This document shows, piece by piece, positions 12,074-23,544 of a stretch of DNA of 64,000 nt. The notes below the pieces were generated by a model, which did no database searches, was not told the origin of the DNA, and was given only the letters and a program-made list of their open reading frames with translations. Source of the stretch: Mobula hypostoma. Lineage: Eukaryota. A program made the position numbers and the translations under genes. Location of the stretch: contig NC_086108.1 of assembly GCF_963921235.1 (NCBI RefSeq), positions 53,942,001 through 54,006,000 on the forward strand. The letters are read 5' to 3'. The number at the start of each line of letters is the position of its first letter. The stretch's first letter is position 1.

Positions 12074-13455
12074 CAACACACATCAAAGTTGCTGGTGAAC
12101 TCAGCAGGCCAGGCAGCATCTCTAGGAAGAGGTACAGTCGACATTTCGGGCCGAGACCCTTCGTCAGGACCAACTGAAAGAAGGGCTAGTAAGAGATTTG
12201 AAAGTGGGAGGGGGAGGGGGAGATCCGAAATGATAGGAGAAGACAGGAGAGGGAGGGATGGAGCCAAGAGCTGGACAGTTGATTGGCAAAAGGGATATGA
12301 GAGGATCATGGGACAGGAGGCCTAGGGAGAAAGAAAAGGGGGAGGGGGGAAAAACGCAGAGGATGGGTAAGGGGTATAATGAGAGGGACAGAGGGAGATA
12401 AAGGAGAGAGAGAAAAAGAATGTGTGTACATAAATAAATAATGGATGGGGTACAAGGGGGAGGTGGGGCATTAGCGGAAGTTTAAGAAGTCAATATTCAT
12501 GCCATCAGGCTAGAGGCTACCCGGAGGGAATATAAGGTATTGTTCCTCCAACCTGAGTGTGGCTTCATCTTTACAGTAGAGGAAGCCGTGGATAGACATA
12601 TCAGAATGGGAATGGGACGTGGAATTAAAATGTGTGGCCACTGGGAGATCTTGCTTTCTGCCTACACATGCCCTTACACTTTCTCCCTTACCACCATTCA
12701 GGGCCCCAGGCAGCCCTTTCAGGTGAGGCGACACTTCACCTGTGAGTCGGCTGGGGTGATATACTGCGTCTGGAGCTCCCAATGTGGCCTTCTATATATC
12801 GGCAAGACCCAACGCAGACTGGGAGATCGTTTCGCTGAACACCTACGCTCTGTCCGCCAGAGAAAGCAGGATCTCCCAGTGGCCACACATTTTAATTCCA
12901 CGTCCCATTCCCATTCTGATATGTCTATCCACGGCTTCCTCTACTGTAAAGATGAAGCCACACTCATGTTGGAGGAACAATACCTTATATTCCGTCTGGG
13001 TAGCCTCCAGCCTGATGGCATGAACATTGATTTCTCAAACTTCCGCTAATGTCCCACTTCCCCCTCGTACCCCATTCATTATTTATTTATATACACGCAT
13101 TCTTTTTCTCTCCTTTTTCTCCCTCTGTCCCTCTCACTATACCCTTTACCCATCCTCTGCGTTTTTCCCTAGGCCTCCCGTCCTATGATCCTCTCATATC
13201 CCTTTTGCCAATCAACCGTCCAGCTCTTGGCTTCATCCCTCCCCTTCCTGTCTTCTCCTATCATTTTGGATCTCCCCCTCCCCTTCCCACTTCCAAATCT
13301 CTTACTAGCTCTTCTTTTAGTTAGTCCTGACGAAGGGTCTCGGCCCGAAACGTAGACTGTACCTCTTCCTAGAGATGCTGCCTGGCCTGCTGCGTTCACC
13401 AGCAACTTTGATGTGTGTTGAATTTCCAGCATCTGCAGATTTCCTTGTGTTTGCG
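12074..13455 (+). mobile_element. Penelope-like element, 5'-truncated with inverted partial copy (GIY-YIG endonuclease 3' end + pLTR)
   Basis: GIY-YIG frame 12661-13049 (VIYC...YIGKTQRRLGDRFAEH...VATHFN...H); inverted arms ~12074-12660 vs ~12861-13420; 13-bp TSD ttcatatatgtat at 12061-12073 and 13456-13468. Confidence 0.9.
13323..13358 (+). ncRNA. Minimal type I hammerhead ribozyme (PLE pLTR)
   Basis: AGTC-CTGACGA-AGGGTCTCGGCCC-GAAACGTA-GACT: stem I AGTC/GACT, intact CUGANGA and GAAA boxes, GUA cleavage triplet, palindromic ACGT in place of stem III. Confidence 0.75.
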
Positions 13456-13793
13456 TTCATATATGTATGTCAGTTTCAACAGCATAATGTCTTTCTACTG
13501 CAAATACTGTATTGTAAATTGGGTGACTATTATGATTAGATAACCAAGTGTGCATACAAATTCCATATGCATTTGGCCATTTAATACATTCTAATCTTTT
13601 ACTGTTATAACTTAGCAACAATATTGTTTATTTAAATATTAAGCATATTTGATTTAATTTGTTCATATAAAATTACTAGAAAATCTAATTAAAAATTTTT
13701 TTTTGATGCTACAAAGCTGGAGAAAATATAAAATGTCCTTTACATCGTCAAGAAGATTCTTCATTTGATGGGTACTCAACAACTGTGAAGCTC

Positions 13794-13859
13794 ATGCAGT
13801 CCAAGGCTTATTTGTTGCTGGAAAGGGAATATATTGAACTTCAAAAAGTTGGATTCTTT
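13794..13859 (+). CDS. UBE2U: UBE2U-like E2 enzyme, coding exon 1 (MQSKAYLLLEREYIELQKVGFF)
   Basis: Resembles the vertebrate UBE2U N-terminus (M-x-x-x-AYLLL-x-R); donor ttt|GTGAGT at 13860, phase 0; probable acceptor acaaag| at 13716. Confidence 0.85.
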
Positions 13860-13999
13860 GTGAGTTGAAATAGTTCATATTCATATTTTTATAGATTAGT
13901 CACTGCACAGAAAGATAGAAATCAATTCATCGTATCCATATTGTTCACGACCGCATCAACTCCAGCTCCACCCAGCAGGCCATTTTCTGTTGCTCTCAC

Positions 14000-14345
14000 A
14001 AACCTTTTGTGACAATATATATATCTAATTTGCCATGCAAAGGCACAATGAACCCACCTCCACAGAATGTATTCTCGATTCTAACCAAATACCGAACTAA
14101 AACAGTTCTCTTATTCCTTCAATTCTCTGTCACTTTATTTTTTACCAGTGAGGTCTTGCCCTTGACCTTCCACCAAAGAAAACCATTAAAGCCACAGTCA
14201 ATCAGCATACAGCTACCTTCTTCGATCCCATTATCCATGCTTTCCAGGCACATTATTTCATAAATTTCTATCAGATCTCCCCTCATCCTTCTCAAGTTGT
14301 TGCTCCTCAAATCTATTCTTATAATTGAAGTCCCTCATCTTGGGA
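14000..14345 (-). mobile_element. Degenerate CR1 3' fragment
   Basis: LRRMRGDLIEIYEIM on the minus strand (14119-14310). Confidence 0.65.
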
Positions 14346-16357
14346 AAGCGTTTTTTGGATTCCATTTGAATAGATTTCATTTTGTCATTTTCTTATCATT
14401 TGCATTCCTCTTATTTATTAACTTGATCTACTGATGCTTTATTCACTTCTGTTCATATTCCTGGTGTTTATTGGTTCTGTTTTTGTATTCCATCTTTTTT
14501 TTTGGTTTTTACTCTTGTCACTTCATTGTTTATTACATAATTCTGCCTTCCCATAATCTTCCTCCTATTCTTTTCCTCAAATGTTTTCCCAGCTTTCCAG
14601 CAGAGTCTAGTCTATTTCTGCCACTCTTTCAAAACTTATACTTTCTATCCATACAGTTCTTCTAGTAATGTTGAATGGCAGTGGGCAGACCAACATGAGG
14701 TGCATTACTGCCACCTGCTGAGCATCATTTTTCTTCCATAAAGTCCTTTCATATTTGTGTTACTATAACTCCACACAGTACCATGAGAATTAAAATCTCC
14801 TGATAATTAGCTAACAAGTTTCTACCATTCTATTGCATGATTAAAAAAGGAAAAAGCCATTGTAATTCTAAATTCGCCACTTATTTTTCCGTTTTGCAGG
14901 AACCTGACATTCGCCTTCCTCCATACAACTCCTATCACCCATATATTTGCTACCTCCATCTTCTTCATCACTTCCTGACTTCTCTATCCCCCCCCACCCC
15001 CGCCTGAGGCTCAGTCCTTAGCTTCACTGTTCCTGGCACCGCAACAATCCTCAGCCTATTCCATACAGCTTTCTGTACTAGGCATTAAATAGGTCAAGAA
15101 GTTTGTTGGTTTTGTGCTGCTTGATTGTTTTAATTACATGCCTTTCTGTGAATAAAATTATAATTAAGCCAATCAATGCAATATGGGAATAAATGCTTGT
15201 TGTCTTGGCCCTTGAAATTTAAGTTGAGTACGCTTCGTGTGAGGTTTAGGAAAGCAGATCCTTTATGCCATACAGGCAAACAATATTGTTTTTTTTCTCT
15301 ATGGATATGGACTGAACACAAAAGCCACAAAATTGGTACCAATTATGTCAGCATTCTGATTGCCAATTGTTTCTAACTTTCTACTGTAACCCCTAAATGC
15401 CTGTTTTTAACTGCTAATTTTCCTGCTTTCTAAATTGTACTGCCTGGCATCGCAAGCAGTATGTAGCATATAAGGAAGATGCAGAGTTGATTTAAGTAAC
15501 TAAAGTCTAAGAATAGGGTGGGAGAAAGGGGCGAGAAAGAGATTATAGGCACTTCCTCCAAATCTTATATCTCTAGTTGTTCCAGTAAAATTATAACAAT
15601 GCCATGTACGAAGCAAAAGGAAAAATTGCTCTGGTACGCCCTGTCACAAAAAGCAGGATAAATCAAAAAAGGCTCATTACCATCTAATCAATTTACCTAA
15701 CATAAAAATGATGGAAAAAGTCATAATTACTGCTACCAAGACGTACTTTCATGCCAGTGTAATTGGTCACCAATACCTAGTTTGGATTTCATCAAGACCA
15801 ACTGACTCCAGACCTCAAAGCTCCCTCTGAACTACATGTCGATCAAACAGTTAAATTTCACAGATGTGATAAGCACAATATCAAGAAAGCTTTTGACCAA
15901 GTGTAATATCAAGGCCTCCTGGTAAAGCTGAAGAAGGGGCATCAGACAGAAAGCACTCCTGTGCTTGGCGTCCTACCTCACATAAAGAAAGACTGTTGTG
16001 CTTATTGAATGTTCATCGTCACAGCCCCATGATATCACTGCAATATTTCCTGAGGCACTGGGAAGTCCAACAACTCAATAGTATCCAGAACAATGCACCC
16101 AACTTGATTGGCATTCCCATTGCCACCCTAAATATCCTTCCAGTACTCTTGTACCATACCTGTTGTGTGTGACATCTACAAATGGAATATAGTTAATGCA
16201 CTGACAATACACTACAAACACAAGTCATTTACCATTAAGAGCATGAAGGCAGCGGAAACACAAGAATATTACAAGATCACTTAATCTGGCCTGGAAATAC
16301 ATTGCCATTCCTACATTACCACTGGCTCTAAATCCTGGAACTTCCTAGCCAATAGTA

Positions 16358-16700
16358 CAGGCAGCATAGTAGCACAGCAAATGGAACTGTTGCTTCACAG
16401 CACCAGATACCTAGCTTTGACCCTAACATCCAGTGCTGTCTGCATGAATTTTGCATGTTTTCCCAATGAGCACATGAGTTTCTTTCATGAGTCCCAAAGA
16501 AATGCAGGTTGGTCGGCCACTGTAAGTTGTCCCTAGTGCTCTAGTATGCAAGTTAGTGCTAGAAGTTGTTGGGAGTGGGAAGAGGTATGAGTATATGGGG
16601 AGAATAAAAAATGGATTGATATGGGGTGAGTGTAAGTGGTTAACTGATGGTCAACACAGACTTCAAAGAGCCTGTTTTCATGATGTAGCTCTCCATGAAT
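16358..16700 (+). mobile_element. Old tRNA-derived SINE (V-SINE/HE1-like)
   Basis: Decayed A/B boxes, then tgcatg..ttttgcatgtt..gggtttc-like domain and tgtaagttgtccctagtg. Confidence 0.6.
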
Positions 16701-17895
16701 CTAAAATTGTGGAAATGCAGCTCAAGGTGGCTCATTATCATCTGATCAAGACAATTATGGATGGGCAAAAATGCTGGTGATGCTGGCATACCATAAAATG
16801 AATTGATAGAAAGAGGGGATTGAGGGAAGCAAGATGTTGAAAGATGGATAGTGTGGGCCCACCATTTTGTCTGACTGAGTATTGTGGTTGTTGGGCTAAT
16901 AAAGGCTATTGAGTCAAATGGCTACAGGCTACCACCTACTGGTGAAAGTTGTATGTGACCTGCATTGGAGAAGGAGAAATATTTTAATATGTGTGCTGTA
17001 ATGTTTCTGGATGTTAAGTCTGCGGTGATAGAAGCGCTATGAGTGTGTGATCCTTGAAGTAGTGATAAATGTAGTTGTACATATGAATGTTTGGTGCAAG
17101 TTGAGATTGATGGAGTCTAAGAAAATAGAACAGTACAGCACAGGTTATACACAATTATGCAGGTATATGTACCAACAACAGATGGAACAAATGAGGATAT
17201 AGATAAATTCTATGAAGAGCTTGAACAAGCAAAGAATGGATGCAAATCTCAAAATATTGTTATTGTCATGGGAGATCTAAATGCTAAAGTAGGACAAGGT
17301 GCTGATGGAAATACCATAGGAAAATTTGGACTAGGGGAAAGAAATGAAAGAGGTGAGAAATGGATAGAATGGTGCAAGATGGATAATCAGGTCATTATGA
17401 ATACCTACTTTAAAAACCATCCAAGACACTTGTGGACCTGGAAAAGTCCAGGTGATAACGTTAGAAATCAAATTGACTTCTTTACTATAAACCAAAGATT
17501 TAGAAACTCAGTGACTCAATGCAAAACATATCCAGGTGCAGACTGTAATAGTGACCATAACCCAGTAGTATGTCATGTAAAAGTAAAACTTAAAAAAATA
17601 AAGAAGCAAAAACCTGAACAATCCCTTGACTACTGGCAATTAATTGAAGAAGAAAACTTAAGACAAAAATTACAATTGAAGTAAGGAATAGATTTCAAAG
17701 TCTAGAAACAGAATCTGTTGAAGATGATAGCAATCTCGTAGAAATGAAGTTTAGCTCTCTAAAGGATGCCTTGGTAGAATCAGCAGTCAGTGATTCCTAA
17801 AAAAGAAAAAAGCACAAAGAATAAATGGATGACAGATGAAATCAAAAATCTAATGGAAGAAAGGAGATGGAAGAAAGCAAATCCTATAGAATATA

Positions 17896-20800
17896 TAAAC
17901 CCCATTTCCAGAAAAGTTGGGATATTTTCCAAAATGCAATAAAAACAAAAATCTGTGATATGTTAATTCACGTGAACCTTTATTTAACTGACAAAAGTAC
18001 AAAGAAAAGATTTTCAATAGTTTTACTGACCAACTTAATTGTATTTTGTAAACATACACAAATTTAGAATTTGATGGCTGCAACACACTCAACAAAAGTT
18101 GGGACAGAGGCATGTTTACCATTGTGTTACATCACCTTTCCTTTTAATAACACTTCTTAATCATTTTGGAACTGAGGATACTAATTGTAGATTTGCAATT
18201 GGAAATCTTGTCCATTCTTGCTTGATATAAGACTTCAGCTGCTCAACAGTCCGTGGTCTCCGTTGTCTGATTCTCCTGTTCATGATGTGCCATACATTTT
18301 CAACAGGAGATAGATTTGGACTGGCAGCAGGCCAGTCAAGCACATGCACTCTGTGTCTACAAAGCCACGTTGTTGTAGCCTGTGCAGAATGTGGTCTGGC
18401 ATTGTCCTGCTGAAATAAGCATGGACGTCCTGGGAAGAGACGTTGCCTTGATGGCAACATATGTCTCTCTAAGATCCTAATATACGCCTCAGTGTCAATG
18501 GTACCTTCACATACATGCAACTCACCCATGCCGTGGGCACTGATGCACCCCCATACCATCACAGGTGCTGGCTTTTGCACCTTTTGCTGATAACAATCTG
18601 GATGGTCATTTTCATCTTTGGCATGGAGAACTCAACGCCCGTTTTTCTGAAAACTAGCTGAAATGTGGACTCATCTGACCACAGCACACGGTTCCACAGT
18701 CTTTCAGTCCATCTGAGATGAGCTTGGGCCCAGAGAACTCGCCAGCGTTTCTGCATAGAGTTGATGTATGGCTTCTTCCTTGCGAAATACAGTTTCAAGT
18801 TGCATTTCTGGATGCAGCAACGGACTGTGTTGAGTGACAATGGTTTTCTGAAGTACAGGATTCCCCCGCCATCCGAAGGTAGAGCATTCCTATGAAACGG
18901 TTTGTAAGCCGAAATGTCGTAAAGCGAAGAAGCAATTACCATTTACTTATATGGGAAAATTTTGTGAGCGTTTGCAGACCCAAAAATAACCTACCAAATC
19001 ATGCCAAATGACACATAAAACCTAAAATAACAGTAACATATAGTAAAAGCAGGAATGATATGATAAATACACAGCCTATATAAAGTAGAAATACTTTTCC
19101 ACAATCATTACTGAACTGTTCTCTGTAGCGAAAATCTCATGCAAGCGCCGTCGGCAGAAAATCTCACGCAAGCGCTGTTGACATATACCTCCAGTAACCT
19201 TTAAGCTATGAATCTGCCAAATCATACCAAATAACACCTAAAAATACACAGCCTATATAAAATAGAAATAATGTATGTACAGTGTAGTATCACTTACCGG
19301 AATGGGGACAGCGCCAAGCAGATGGTGTGTTAGACTGAGTCGTCACAGGCTGGGTGGTGCAGTGGCCCCCACCCTCCGGGCCACCAACCGATACCGATCC
19401 CCGAAGCATGTAGGGGTCCAGCGGTAGCCGGGAGGTGCACAGCACATCTTTAAGAAAAAAGCCAAAACAAACATGCTAATTAATTAGGTGCTGCCCATAA
19501 TTGTCGGCCCAGATCAGTGCCGATTTCCGATTGCGTCGTCTCTGATCTGAACCGACATTTACGTGTTGGTGGCACCTAATTAATTAGCATGTTTATTTCG
19601 GCTTTTTTCTTAAAGATGTACTGTGTGTCTCCCGGCTACCTTTGCATTCTCCGCGAATCGGTATCTGTCCGTGGTCTGGGGGTTGGGGTGGTGGGACACT
19701 GGGGTGTCATCTCATCTGTTTCCATTAGAGCAGGCCGCTCACCTTCTTCTATCTCTGCCCGCCTTGATGTCGAAGGTCGAGGTTCGTCGTCTGCTGTGGC
19801 TGATGTGGAAGGCTTGCTTGACTGCTAAGCCTCGCGCATTTTTCTATTACACAGTTCTTTAATAAGGACTCAAATTATCCTGCAAATATCTCCTAAACTG
19901 ACGTACCCTTTCAAAATTAAAGTCGTACTTTATCATTACTCATTCGGTTTCGATTGTTAGCCATTTTTCTTCCAATTGCATCAGCTCTTCATCTGTCAGT
20001 TCTTGGTGATGGGATGCCAAAACCTCTTCAACATCATGTTCATCAACTTCCACAAGCCAAACTCACGTTGTCCTTACTTCGTTCACCACGATCGAAACGC
20101 TTAATTATGTCTAGTTTTACCGTAAGTGTAACACCCTTACGAGCTCTTTCAGGCTTTTCCGATACCATAGAACTCATCTTGCAAACGGCTGCTCACAGGC
20201 TCGTGTTAAAGCAATGCTGTTCCAAATCCGGGGGAGAGTGACTGGTCGGGGCGTGCTGCGTTTTATCGCGCGCTGATTTTTTCGTACGCTGGTTTTTTAT
20301 CGCGTGCTGAATTTTTGTTTCATAACAGTGAAAACACCTTCTGAAAGCGAAAGCAGACTACTAATGTAGGTCTTTCGTAACAGTGAAGTTTCGTAAAGTG
20401 AATGTTCGAAAAGCGGGGGACACCTGTACTCCCAAGCCCAGGTGGCTATAATTGTCACAGTAGCATGACGGTTTCTTAGGCAGTGCTGCCTGAGGGCTCG
20501 AAGATCACGCGCATTCAACAGTGGTTTCCGACCTTGCCCTTTACGCACTGAGATGTCTCTGAATTCTCTGAATCTTTTCACAGTATTATGTACTGTAGAT
20601 GTTGAAAGACCTAAATTCTCTGCAATCTTGTGTTGAGAAATGTTCCTTTTGAACTGACTAACAATTCTCTCATGAATTTTGGCACAAAGGGGTGAGCCAC
20701 GACCCATCCTTGCTTGCAAAGACTGAGCCTTTGATGGACGCTACTTTTATACCCAGTCATGATACCTCACCTGCTACCAATTAGCCTGCTTAATGTGGAG

Positions 20801-21068
20801 TCTTCCAAACCAGTGTTACTTGAATATTCTGTGCATTTTTCAATCTTATTTTAACTCTGTCCCAACTTTTGTTGAGTGTGTTGCAGCCATCAAATTCTAA
20901 ATATGCGTATATTTACAAAATACAATTAAGTTGGTCAGTAAAACTATTGAAAATCTTTACTTTGTACTTTTGTCAGTTAAATAAAGGTTCACGTGAATTA
21001 ACATATCACAGATTTTTGTTTTTATTGCATTTTGGAAAATATCCCAACTTTTCTGGAAATGGGGTTTG
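17896..21068 (-). mobile_element. Tc1 DNA transposon (DD34E, long IR/DR-type TIRs)
   Basis: ~214-bp TIRs (17896-18109, 20855-21068), each with aaaagttggga at both ends; TA TSD at 17894-95 and 21069-70; transposase pieces MGRGSP..HTH (20719-20429), WSDES, VMVWGC, QQDNARPH..SPNLSPVE (34 residues between D and E). Confidence 0.95.
18856..20426 (-). mobile_element. Internally deleted Tigger/pogo-like DNA transposon
   Basis: Termini cagg(at/tg)tcccccgc, TA TSD at 18854-55 and 20427-28; CENP-B-type N-terminus (RKGVTLTVKLDIIKRFDRGER, ~20177-20065) joined to a Tigger C-terminal acidic remnant (DVEEVLASHHQELTDEELMQLE). Confidence 0.85.
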
Positions 21069-23019
21069 TAAGTTCTTAGACAAAAGAGTTAAAAGCTTAT
21101 GTAAAAAAGCCAAAAAAGAATGGTTAAACCAGGAATGTGAGCAAATAGAAAGAATCCCTATTACTGATCCAAAAAGGTTACATCAACAAATCAAGAATAT
21201 CACTGGTTAAAAGCTCCTCTGTTCTTCAGGTGGATGTTTGAAAGCAAAGGGCGGTACCATTATCATGGAAAAAGATGAGATTGTGAACAGATGGACTGAG
21301 TATATTCAGGGATTGTTTGAAGATGATCGAGGCGAAAAACTAGAAATTAAGAAAAACATTGAAGGTCCAAGTATTTTAAAATTTGAAGTTCGTAATACAA
21401 TAAATAAGATGAAGAAAGGAAAGGCAGCAGGTCCTGATGAATTAGTAACAGAACAAATTATCGCCCTTGAAGATTATGGAATTGAAAAACTTACTGATTT
21501 AATCAATGACATTTATGAGACTGAAATAATACCAGAAGAGATGAAAAAAATCAGTATTTATCACTCTTCCTAAGAAACCTGGAGCAATAGAATGTGAATT
21601 ACATAGGACCATAAGTTTAATGAGTCATATCACCAAGATACTTATAAAAATTTTGATGACAAGAGCTAAAAGTAAGATACAAGCTGAAATAGGTAAAGAA
21701 CAATGTGGTTTTGTGAAAGACAAAAGTACAAGAAACGCAATATTGATATTAAGGATACTATCAGAACGAGTTATTCAAGTGCAAAAAGATTTGTTTTATC
21801 GACTACACAAAAGCATTTGATAAAGTGAAGCACAATAAGTTGTTTGAAATATTACAGGAAACTCTAGATCTAGATTCGAAAGACCTCTGCCTGATCAGAA
21901 ACCTGTACTGGGAACAAACTCCACTGTAAGAATAGGTGGAGAGGCGAGTCAGTTTAAGAAAATCAAGAGAGGCGTTAGACAAGGGTGTGTTTTCTCCCCT
22001 GATTTATTTAATGTGTACAGTGAAACAATATTACAAGAAATAAGAGACATCTTGGGAATCAAAGTTGGTGATAAAAACATCAATAATTTCAGATATGCAG
22101 ATGACACTGTGTTAATTGCAAGTACGGAGAAAGAACTACAAAACTTAATTGATATAGTTGTTGAAGAAAGTGCAAAAATGGGTCTATCTATCAATTACAA
22201 AAAGACAATGTATGGTGATATGCAAAAAGAAGGAGAATCCTATCTGCAGGCTGAGAATAAATGGGGAAGACATAAAACAAGTACAGTACAGAACTTTTGC
22301 TACTTAAGAAGCTGGGTGACATCAGATGGCAGATGTGACATGGACATCAAAAGAAGAATAGGGATGGCAAAAGACACCTTTACGAGAATGAAGAGTGTAC
22401 TGGCCAATACTAAACTAGGCATGACAACCCGCCTCAGAGTACTGAAATGTTACGTTTATCCAGTTGTGTTATATGGATCAGAATGTTGGACAATATCTAG
22501 TACCATGAGGAAACGAATTGAAGAATGTTTTTGAAATGTTTTTGAGAAGAATGCAATGAATATCATGGACAAAACGAATATCTAACGAGGATGTCATGAA
22601 CAGAGCAAACACAAAAAGAGAAATAATGTATGAAATCATGAAAAGGCAATGTAACTTCATTGGACATGTGATTAGGAAAGAGGAGTTAGAATGCACGGTA
22701 ATTATGGGAAAGATTGAAGGGAAGAAAGCAAGAGGAAGACAAAGATAAATGATGATGGAGACAGCAGCCAGAGAACTGGAAATTAATACCAATGAACTGA
22801 TCCACTTGACCGGAAACAGGAGTGTGAGGGCCATGGCGGTCAAAGCTCAAACCGGGCACGGCATCTGATGATAATGACAGCACAGGAACATGCCCTTCAG
22901 CCCACAGTGTTGTGTCAAGCCAATTACATTGTTAATAAAATGACTAGCTAAACTAACCTCTTCTGCCAACACAATGAACATATCCCTCCATTTTCCTCAC
23001 TCTCATGTACCTATCTAAA

Positions 23020-23540
23020 TGTTCCTGGGTATCAACATCTCTGAAGATCTATCCTAGGCCCAACATATTAATGCAAAGAAGGCATGACAGCAGCTATATT
23101 TCATTAGGAGTTTGAGGTGAATTGGTATATCACCAAAGACACTTGCAAATTTTTACAGGTGTATTGTGGAGAACATTTTAACTCGTTGCACCTCTGTCTG
23201 ATATGGAGGGGGCACTGAACAGGTTTGGAAAAAGCTGCAGAAAATTGTAAACTCAGCTGGTACCATCATGGATACTAGCCGCCTCAGGATCCAGAACATC
23301 GTCAAAAGGTGATACCTCAAAGAGGTGGAATCCATCATTAAAGACCCCCATCACCCAGGACATGTCCACTTCTCATTGCTACCATCAAGGAGGATGTACA
23401 GGAGCCTGAAGATACACATTCAGCGATTCAGAAACAGCATCTTCTCCTCCACCATCAGAGTTTTGAATAGTCGATAAACCCATGAACACTAACTCAGTCT
23501 CTTCTTACACTACTTATTTAATGAAAAAATATCTACTTAC
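23020..23540 (+). mobile_element. Rex1/Babar-type LINE 3' fragment
   Basis: FLGINISEDLS..., LYFIRSLR, FYRCIVENILT, IIKDPHHPGH-like motifs. Confidence 0.75.
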
Positions 23541-23544
23541 TGTT

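Larger units (their letters stand above)
17145..22876 (+). mobile_element. RTE-clade LINE (APE + RT), frameshifted, interrupted by Tc1
   Basis: APE motifs (VMGDLNAKVG, NQIDF, SDHNPV) in 17157-17684; RT (GKAAGPD, RQGCVFSP, FRYADD); (TGA)n tail; 10-bp TSD acagcacagg at 17135-17144 and 22877-22886. Confidence 0.92.
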
